DNA from: Crocinitomicaceae bacterium
GTDB taxonomy: Bacteria; Bacteroidota; Bacteroidia; Flavobacteriales_D; Crocinitomicaceae
DNA: 64,000 nt
NCBI GenBank assembly: GCA_044347515.1
Contig: JBIKUO010000003.1
Span: 40,558-104,557 of the forward strand
Reading direction: 5' to 3'
Shown piece by piece: positions 57,004 to 63,975 of the stretch. Under the pieces are notes generated by a model, which saw only the letters and a list, made by a program, of their open reading frames with translations, was not told the DNA's origin and made no database searches. Every line of letters starts with the position of its first letter. Within the stretch, counting starts at the first letter, position 1. Both the position numbers and the translations under genes were made by a program.

Positions 57004-57735
57004 ATGAAATTTATATTATACCTCTTTGGTTTCATAAATATCTCAATTGCACTAGGACAACAACATCAGAATGGAAACATGTATTTATTATATGATATTC
57101 CTGGCGATAAACATTACAGCATAGACCAAGAAATTATTCCAAAGACAATCGCTCCTGGAACATATTGGGCACTCACATTTGGATTCAACGAAATCACCGA
57201 AGGTGGTTATATCGGAATCCAGACAGATTACAGTAGTGTAAATCAAGGATTATTTATTTTTTCGATTTGGAACGCAGTTAAAGCAGTTAAAGGGGACAAA
57301 GAATCGTATACTGTAGATTTCGGGGGTGAGGGTGCTGGAAAAAGCTGTAGAATTTCAATTCCTTTGATTGAATCACATATTTACAGGTTAAGGGTCTGGC
57401 AATTAGAATCTGATGTATCAGGGACATACTATGGGGCTTGGATTATTGACAAGTCAATCAACAAAGAATATTATTTGGGTAAAATAAAAACAAATAAACA
57501 AACCACATTATCTAGTGGTGTGTCAAATTTTGTAGAGTACTACGGTGAAAAAAAACCTTGCAATCGGGTTCCATACTCCCGCGCTCTTTTCTATCCAATA
57601 AAATTTGATTTCGATGATAATAAAGGGGTTAGCAAATATAGTTTTCTTCCAAAGAATTATACCTACGCAAATTGTGTTAATGGTAAGTGTATTTTGTACG
57701 AAAGTTATAGTAATGTAACTTTTGGAGGAGAATAA
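57004..57735 (+). CDS. Secreted protein, DUF3472-like
   Basis: Signal peptide. GTYWALTFGF...GGYIGIQT...LFIFSIWN resembles the DUF3472 pattern as I recall it. Confidence 0.45.
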   Translation: MKFILYLFGFINISIALGQQHQNGNMYLLYDIPGDKHYSIDQEIIPKTIAPGTYWALTFGFNEITEGGYIGIQTDYSSVNQGLFIFSIWNAVKAVKGDKESYTVDFGGEGAGKSCRISIPLIESHIYRLRVWQLESDVSGTYYGAWIIDKSINKEYYLGKIKTNKQTTLSSGVSNFVEYYGEKKPCNRVPYSRALFYPIKFDFDDNKGVSKYSFLPKNYTYANCVNGKCILYESYSNVTFGGE

Positions 57736-58232
57736 GAACATTCTATAACGACACCTTGACAATAGGAGGTACTCCGTTCCTTCCCCGCCGTGTTGTTTTG
57801 CCGAAAGTTCAGTTCAGACAACTTACTTTTTTTTATTAAAAGCCAGCCAATAGTCAGGCGGGTTTATTCGTATCAATTCCACAGTGTATGTTTAATAGTA
57901 ATCGCCTATAGGATGTTGGAAGCGCGCCTCCGGATATACACCGAAGCATAGCTGGTTTTAGTCAATAAATATTAGCGAACTAATTGTTGGAGTTAGAAAT
58001 TAGTGCCTTAGGTTAAAAAACGTATCAGTTTATGGCATCAAAACTAACTAGCCGTAATGAATAAATACAGTTACAACGCGATGAATATCAATACCTATTT
58101 GATTCTTTTGGACTTGTTTAAAAAAGAACTATTGGTATTTTTATAAAAGTTAATCTGTTAATTTTACATTATTATTGTAAAAAAGCGCAATTATTTTCAA
58201 ACTCAAAAAAAGTGGCGACTACGCAAAATGAC

Positions 58233-58418
58233 ATGAAAAAAACCTTAATATTTCTTGGAGTAATTTTATTTACTTCCATAATTTTATTCAGCTGTGGTTC
58301 GAAAGTTACCGTTTGTGATTGCCTCAAGGATGACGGATCCCACAAAAAAGAATGCGATGAATTGGGTAATAGCATGTCTTCAGATGAAATAAATAACGCA
58401 ATTATTCAATGTAAATAA
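58233..58418 (+). CDS. Small Cys-rich lipoprotein
   Basis: MKKTLIFLGVILFTSIILFSCGS is a signal peptide plus lipobox. The ORF opens on GTG at 58212. Confidence 0.5.
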   Translation: MKKTLIFLGVILFTSIILFSCGSKVTVCDCLKDDGSHKKECDELGNSMSSDEINNAIIQCK

Positions 58419-58487
58419 ATAACAAAAGACTTATTAATGGTAATATGCGGTTTCTAACTCGTTTGAATTACAATTCATGAAATAAAT

Positions 58488-59582
58488 ATGAAATTAACTA
58501 CAGCGATCGTTTTATGTTTTTTATACGTTTTAACGGCAAAAGCACAAGAAATTGATAAAAAAGAAAATGAAATTCATGATAAATTAAAAATCGCAACAAG
58601 AAATTTAGAACCATTCTCATTCATGGAAAATGGGGAAAGAAAGGGGTTCTCAATTGAATTGTGGAGCGAAATCTGTAAAAACCTTAAGATGGACTACGAA
58701 TGGGTTGAATTGAATTCGGCTAATGAAATCATTCATTCCATCGAAGTTGGAAAGTCAGATGTCGGAGTTGGTGCGATCAGCGTAACATTTGATAGAGAAC
58801 TTATCGTGGATTTTTCTCATCCATTTTATGAATCTGGGTTACAAATTTTAGTTAACAAAAGTGATGATTCTTCCGGGTCATTAATCTCTATTCTGAGATC
58901 ATTTATTTCTTGGAATGTTATCATTCCAGTTATTATTGTTTTAATAGTCATTTTTATTATGTCAAATTTGATTTGGTTTTTTGAACGAAAAATAAATCCC
59001 AGTCAATGGCCGGAAAATTACAAGCCAGGAATTATAGAATCAGTTTGGTTCACCTTAACAACCATGCTGGTTGGGGGGGCAGATAACAAAGGACCATTGG
59101 GAATAGGGGGAAGAATTGTTACAATAATTTGGATGATTGCAAGTACTATTTTAATATCTTTTGTTACCGCCACGTTGACAACCACAATGACAGTAAACAA
59201 GTTAAGTAGTAAAATTGATGGTCCTGAAGATTTACCAGGACTAAAAGTAGCTACGATTAAAGGTAGTAATACGTGTGATTGGTTAAAGCAAAAGAATATT
59301 AGTATTGTTCAATTAGAAGATATAACGGATTGTATTAATCAATTACAAAAAAACAAAGTTGATGCAGTCGTTTATGATGCGCCGATTTTACAATATGAAC
59401 TTTCCAAATACAATAGCGATAAAATTAACTTAGTTGGACCAATCTTTAATCGTCAATATTATGCGTTCCCTATCAAAGAAAATGACCATTTGGTTCAGAA
59501 AATAAATCAAATACTTCTCAAGTTACACGAAAACGGATTTATCATAGATTTAAGGAGAAAATATTTCCATGATAGTTATTAA
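58488..59582 (+). CDS. Prokaryotic ionotropic glutamate receptor-like channel (GluR0-type: split periplasmic binding domain with inserted M1-P-M2 pore)
   Basis: Signal peptide. S1 lobe (SBP_bac_3-like, GAISVTFDRELIVDFSHPFY). TM helix WNVIIPVIIVLIVIFIMSNLIWFF. Re-entrant segment SVWFTLTTMLVGGADNKGP. TM helix GRIVTIIWMIASTILISFVTATLTTTMTV. S2 lobe (VDAVVYDAPILQYE). Confidence 0.8.
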   Translation: MKLTTAIVLCFLYVLTAKAQEIDKKENEIHDKLKIATRNLEPFSFMENGERKGFSIELWSEICKNLKMDYEWVELNSANEIIHSIEVGKSDVGVGAISVTFDRELIVDFSHPFYESGLQILVNKSDDSSGSLISILRSFISWNVIIPVIIVLIVIFIMSNLIWFFERKINPSQWPENYKPGIIESVWFTLTTMLVGGADNKGPLGIGGRIVTIIWMIASTILISFVTATLTTTMTVNKLSSKIDGPEDLPGLKVATIKGSNTCDWLKQKNISIVQLEDITDCINQLQKNKVDAVVYDAPILQYELSKYNSDKINLVGPIFNRQYYAFPIKENDHLVQKINQILLKLHENGFIIDLRRKYFHDSY

Positions 59583-59846
59583 CCTTTAGATGGTTATTCA
59601 ATCATTAGTTTTTTTTGTTTGAAGAATGAGAATTCAGAAAAATTACTTATTTTTAGTCCATATTTTTTTATTCAAAGTCATAATTATTTTAAAAAATAAT
59701 CTAAAATGAACATACACAGGCTATTATACTCTAGGGGACCATAGGTGTTTTGATTTAAAACAACAAATTTAAAAAGAGACAACCTTTAAATCCGAGATTT
59801 CCGAAAATCGTTAAGAGTAGGTAATAAATATATAATTTTAATAAAA

Positions 59847-60479
59847 ATGGCAGATCAAAATACAGCATATCAATATTTCCATCCAGGATGTATGGAAACT
59901 TTACCTTTTATTGGTAAACCTAAAGTAACAGATTCTATGTTCGATGACTTTAGAAATAAATTACTAAATAGCTTAGTGGAAAATACGGCACCAGGGAAAC
60001 TTGATGTTCATACTTCAGATTTAATAATGAAGTCAGTTTTAATTACTGGGCCAAGAATTTTAAAGAGAGGAGGAATTAAATTATTGCATAAAACTGGTAA
60101 AGACAATATTATTCGATATAATGCTATTAATGCATGTATTTTATTGTTTTCAGAAAATCAAATGCTTTATTTTAATTGCTGTTATGATTTGTTGACAGAG
60201 AAAGCAACAATGGTTAATACTGAAGAGTTTTTCTACAAAGATATAGTTTCTACATCTACTGATACTATTGAGACTACGTATGAAGACGAGGAGGGTAAAA
60301 TTCAGAAATTAGAAGTTGCCGATTGTTTTCGTGTAAGAACATCTGGTGGTACTGCAATAGAAGTGGTTCTAACGTCTCCAAAATTACTTGAAATTTGGGG
60401 TGGTGGTGTCATTCCTACGGATTACATCGAAGATGCAATCTCAAAAATCCGAAAAGTTCTTCGTGAGAAAAAAGGATAA
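59847..60479 (+). CDS. Hypothetical soluble protein, 210 aa, no recognisable motif
   Basis: Clean ATG ORF in an AT-rich block, followed by a strong terminator. No TM segments or known signatures seen. Confidence 0.55.
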   Translation: MADQNTAYQYFHPGCMETLPFIGKPKVTDSMFDDFRNKLLNSLVENTAPGKLDVHTSDLIMKSVLITGPRILKRGGIKLLHKTGKDNIIRYNAINACILLFSENQMLYFNCCYDLLTEKATMVNTEEFFYKDIVSTSTDTIETTYEDEEGKIQKLEVADCFRVRTSGGTAIEVVLTSPKLLEIWGGGVIPTDYIEDAISKIRKVLREKKG

Positions 60480-60488
60480 TATAGTTAA

Positions 60489-60523
60489 CTGGTGATAAGG
60501 AATCTTATCACCAGTTTTTTTTT
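60489..60523 (+). terminator. Rho-independent terminator
   Basis: An 11-bp perfect stem: CTGGTGATAAG (60489..60499) pairs with CTTATCACCAG (60504..60514) across the loop GAAT. A 9-nt T-run follows. Confidence 0.9.
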
Positions 60524-60528
60524 ATTTT

Positions 60529-60744
60529 ATGAAATACCTATTCGTCTGGGCTATCATTTATCTATATCAAAAGCCTAGAAATTATTTTAATAAAGATACA
60601 AGTTACTGTAGATTTGATCCTACCTGTTCTGAATATGGAAAACAAGCCTATTTGAAATACGGTGTGATAAAAGGATCAATCAAAACATATAAGAGAATAA
60701 AAAGATGCAATGGCTCCGCAATTGGAGGGATTGACAGACCTTAA
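60529..60744 (+). CDS. YidD-like protein (membrane protein insertion efficiency factor family, divergent)
   Basis: YCRFDPTCSEYGKQAYLKYGVIKGSIKTYKRIKRCNGSAIGGIDRP aligns with the E. coli YidD core [47 protein letters not shown]. Confidence 0.8.
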   Translation: MKYLFVWAIIYLYQKPRNYFNKDTSYCRFDPTCSEYGKQAYLKYGVIKGSIKTYKRIKRCNGSAIGGIDRP

Positions 60745-60760
60745 TTAAATTAAATATATT

Positions 60761-61900
60761 ATGGCTAAAATTTGTAAAAAATGTAATGCTTCAATCAATA
60801 GTAAATCAATGGAGTGCCCTTATTGCGGAAGCACTAGCTTTGAAGTAGAAAGTGTTGAGCCGGTAAAAGAGATACAGCCAAGTCAGCCAAGTCAGCCAAG
60901 TCAGCCAAGTCAACCAAGTCAAAACAATGATGGCGTTTACTCTGATAAATTAGAACAATTAATTTCTTTAGCCTTACTAGACGGTGAATTAACAGAAAAA
61001 GAAAAGCAGGTGCTTTTTAAAAAAGCGGAAGCTGAAGGAATTGATTTGGATGAATTCGAAATGGTATTAGATGCAAAATTAAAGCAACTCCAAATTTCAA
61101 CTTCACAAACTACACCAAATTACGGTCATGACCATGCTAGTTTAACTCCGCCACCTCCGCCTCTAAATACCCCCACTCCGGTTATGCCAAGCCGAGAGGC
61201 ATATAGTCAATTAGAATATCTAATTGACATGGGTCTTAAAGACGGATTAATTAATGATTACGAAAGACAAACTATCGTTGAAAAAGGACTTGCATTGGGA
61301 ATCTCGAGAAATGAAATTGAAATGATTTTAACTAATAAAATTGATGAAAAATCGAAATTATTAGCTCAAACAGCGGCTCCTAAATCTGATAAATTTGGTG
61401 ATATTAAAAAATGCCCTTCATGTGGTGCAATAGCACAATCATTTCAAACAAAATGTTCTGATTGTAGCCATGAATTTAGTAATATAGGTTCAAATGTTAC
61501 AATAGGTAAACTATTTGATATGCTTAATGCATGTGAAAACGAGAGGAAAGATGAAGATATGTCAATAGGTAAGGCTTTTGGCAGTATGTTTGCTAATAGG
61601 TATGGAGTAGGTGGTGGTGATAGAATTTTAGAAAAAAAGAAATCTATCATCTCTGGTTTTCCAATACCGAACACGAAAGACGATATTCTAGAATTTTTAT
61701 CACTTGCGATTCCTAATGCTAAAGAGAAGGGGACTATGTTTACAAAACAGCAACCGGAAAATAAATCTCACAATGATTTGGCACCAACATGGAAATCCAA
61801 ATGTGAGCAAATAATAATGAAAGCCAAATTTTCAATGAAAGAGGATAAGAAAATATTAGAGGAAATTATGGCTTACGCAAATGAACTTGGAATCAAGTAA
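60761..61900 (+). CDS. Double zinc-ribbon protein with two TerB-like helical modules and an unknown C-terminal domain
   Basis: Zinc ribbons CKKC...CPYC (N-terminus) and CPSC...CSDC (residues ~219-240). A (PSQ)5 linker. Two modules: LALLDGELTEKEKQVLFKKAEAEGIDLDEFEMVL and MGLKDGLINDYERQTIVEKGLALGISRNEIEMIL (TerB/DjlA-N-like DG-x6-E pattern). A PPPPPLNTPTP tract. Confidence 0.6.
   Translation: MAKICKKCNASINSKSMECPYCGSTSFEVESVEPVKEIQPSQPSQPSQPSQPSQNNDGVYSDKLEQLISLALLDGELTEKEKQVLFKKAEAEGIDLDEFEMVLDAKLKQLQISTSQTTPNYGHDHASLTPPPPPLNTPTPVMPSREAYSQLEYLIDMGLKDGLINDYERQTIVEKGLALGISRNEIEMILTNKIDEKSKLLAQTAAPKSDKFGDIKKCPSCGAIAQSFQTKCSDCSHEFSNIGSNVTIGKLFDMLNACENERKDEDMSIGKAFGSMFANRYGVGGGDRILEKKKSIISGFPIPNTKDDILEFLSLAIPNAKEKGTMFTKQQPENKSHNDLAPTWKSKCEQIIMKAKFSMKEDKKILEEIMAYANELGIK
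60875..60919 (+). repeat. Five tandem copies of a 9-bp unit (CAGCCAAGT) encoding (PSQ)5
   Basis: Four perfect copies plus one copy with a G-to-A change, read directly in the sequence. In frame. Confidence 0.95.
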
Positions 61901-61922
61901 TTTAATTTAATAGAAAAAAATC

Positions 61923-63266
61923 ATGGGACTTTTTGGAAAAAAAGAAGAAGGTGGGTTAATGGATGTTATCCGCTGTGACGAACAAGAATATCTCGTATGG
62001 AAATGGCGTCCATCTGGAGCAGCTAATTCAACGAATAAAGAAAATGCCATAAGATATGGTAGTAGTCTGAGAGTTAAAGATGGTGAATTAGCGGTATTTG
62101 TATACCAACAAAAAGATGGTTCTTTACAAGATTTCATAGTTGGACCATACGATCAAACGATAAAAACTGCCAATTTCCCAGTTTTAACAGGTATTGTTGG
62201 AATGGCTTTTGGAGGTGCTTCACCTTTTCAAGCTGAAATTTATTTTATTAATCTTTCGGGGAATATTCAAATTAAATTTGGTGTTCCTTATTTTGATGTA
62301 TACGATCCGAGATTCTTGGATTTTGGTGTTCCAATGGCTGCAAGAGGTACAATAACCTTTAATGTTACTGATTATAAAGGCTTTATTAAACTCAATCGGC
62401 TCATTAACTTTGAGTTAGAGGATTTTAACAAGCAAATAAAAGATGCAGTTTCTAAATATGTTAAAGGCGTTATTACCAATATCCCGTCAGATAACGGGAT
62501 TCCGGTACTACAAATGGAGAAAAAATTACTGGAAATCAATGATTTAATTGCGGCATATTTAAAACCAAGATTAGAGAATGACTTTGGAGTTAACTTGAAG
62601 GGGTTTGATTTAGCAACAATTGAGGTTGATAAAGAAAGTCAGGGTTATGCTGAATTAAGAAAAGTTACGGCGGATCAGGCAGCAAAAACTACGGTTGCTC
62701 AAACTGACGTTAACATTAAAAATATGCAGGATATGCAAAGTATTAATTCTCAAAATATGGAAGAAACACTGCGTATTCAAAGGGAAGAAGCTCAACGGGC
62801 ACAAAAACTTCAAACAGAAACTAACTTCATTGGAACACATGCGCTTAATCAACAGTCGGATGTACTAAAAACGGCGGCTCAGAATTTAGGAGAGATGGGG
62901 TCCATGAATACAGGTGGCGGCGGCGGCATGAATCCTGCCGGAATGATGACAGGCATGATGTTAGGCGGTGCGATGGGTAATCAAATGGCAGGAATGATGA
63001 ATAATATGGGGCAAAACATGCAACAGCAACAAAATACACCACCACCACCACCATCTATTTCATATAATATTTCGGTAAATGGTCAGAATTCAGGTCCTTT
63101 CAACTGGCAACAATTACAACAATTAGTTCAAAACGGTCAATTAACCCCCAATACACATGTTTGGAAACAAGGCATGGCCGGTTGGGAAGTTGCAGGTAAT
63201 GTTCCGGAACTAGGTAACTTATTTGCCTCTACACCTCCTCCGCCTCCACCTCCACCAATGTTATAA
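61923..63266 (+). CDS. SPFH/Band 7 protein of the Band_7_1 (YdjI-like, 'virion core protein-like') type fused to a Met/Gly/Asn/Gln-rich linker, polyproline tracts and a C-terminal GYF_2 domain
   Basis: N-terminus MGLFGKKEEGGLMDVIRCDEQEYLVWKWRP...LRVKDGELAVFVYQ is the Band_7_1 signature start. C-terminus YNISVNGQNSGPFNWQQLQQLVQNGQLTPNTHVWKQGMAGWEVAGNVPEL is the GYF_2 (DUF4339) pattern. Ends in PPPPPPPPPML. Confidence 0.75.
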   Translation: MGLFGKKEEGGLMDVIRCDEQEYLVWKWRPSGAANSTNKENAIRYGSSLRVKDGELAVFVYQQKDGSLQDFIVGPYDQTIKTANFPVLTGIVGMAFGGASPFQAEIYFINLSGNIQIKFGVPYFDVYDPRFLDFGVPMAARGTITFNVTDYKGFIKLNRLINFELEDFNKQIKDAVSKYVKGVITNIPSDNGIPVLQMEKKLLEINDLIAAYLKPRLENDFGVNLKGFDLATIEVDKESQGYAELRKVTADQAAKTTVAQTDVNIKNMQDMQSINSQNMEETLRIQREEAQRAQKLQTETNFIGTHALNQQSDVLKTAAQNLGEMGSMNTGGGGGMNPAGMMTGMMLGGAMGNQMAGMMNNMGQNMQQQQNTPPPPPSISYNISVNGQNSGPFNWQQLQQLVQNGQLTPNTHVWKQGMAGWEVAGNVPELGNLFASTPPPPPPPPML

Positions 63267-63277
63267 TCCGTATATGT

Positions 63278-63619
63278 ATGAATGATGATAGCTTTTTCTC
63301 GATCGATCGTTTAGTTGAATTTGGTATGGGTATGTCTATTGCTCAACAAATGGTTAATACTATGAATAATGCCATTTCAAACATGCAAGTTCCGGGATCT
63401 ACACTTACAATACATGCACACTTGCAATTCTATTATGTGGTGATAGAAAATAAGCAATCTGGACCGTTTACGGAACAAGAATTAACTCGTTTAATAATTG
63501 AGAAGAAAATCACGAAGGAAACATATATTTGGAAACCAGGTATGTCAAATTGGGAATTAGCAGAAAATGTACCTGAGATCTTAAAACTAGTAGCACTAGC
63601 TCCACCTCCTATCATATAA
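63278..63619 (+). CDS. Small GYF_2 (DUF4339) domain protein
   Basis: FYYVVIENKQSGPFTEQELTRLIIEKKITKETYIWKPGMSNWELAENVPEI matches the GYF_2 pattern. Ends in APPPII. Confidence 0.7.
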   Translation: MNDDSFFSIDRLVEFGMGMSIAQQMVNTMNNAISNMQVPGSTLTIHAHLQFYYVVIENKQSGPFTEQELTRLIIEKKITKETYIWKPGMSNWELAENVPEILKLVALAPPPII

Positions 63620-63630
63620 TTAAACTATTC

Positions 63631-63975
63631 ATGAAGATTAATTTTATACCAATAGTTATTGCAACTTCTTTAGCAGCACTGATCTCTTATGGTTTTTACA
63701 GCTTACATTCTGGTGAAAATAAAGCGCTTATTGGATTGTCCAGTTTTTTCTTTGTTTTAACAATATTGCTAATGACCATTGCAGTTAGCTTCGATTCAAC
63801 AAGAACCACAACTAATATTAGAGTTTTGTCCTCAGTATTTCTTTTGATTTCATTAACAAGTAATCTCATTTTTTCCTTAATTGATTTTTCAATTCCAGCC
63901 TACATAGTTACAAATGGTATTCTATTTTTTGTATTTATACTTCTTGTTTATTCAATCAACAAAGCAGATCAATAA
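63631..63975 (+). CDS. Small integral membrane protein (about 4 TM helices), unknown family
   Basis: 114 aa and almost entirely hydrophobic, in four blocks. Starts 11 nt after the upstream stop. Confidence 0.6.
   Translation: MKINFIPIVIATSLAALISYGFYSLHSGENKALIGLSSFFFVLTILLMTIAVSFDSTRTTTNIRVLSSVFLLISLTSNLIFSLIDFSIPAYIVTNGILFFVFILLVYSINKADQ

Noticed and set aside
57760-57960. Possible tRNA fragment or att site at the island boundary
   Set aside because: I looked for T-arm-like GGTTCGAATCC, an acceptor/CCA end or a cloverleaf and found none. It is kept only as an unexplained non-coding region in the findings.
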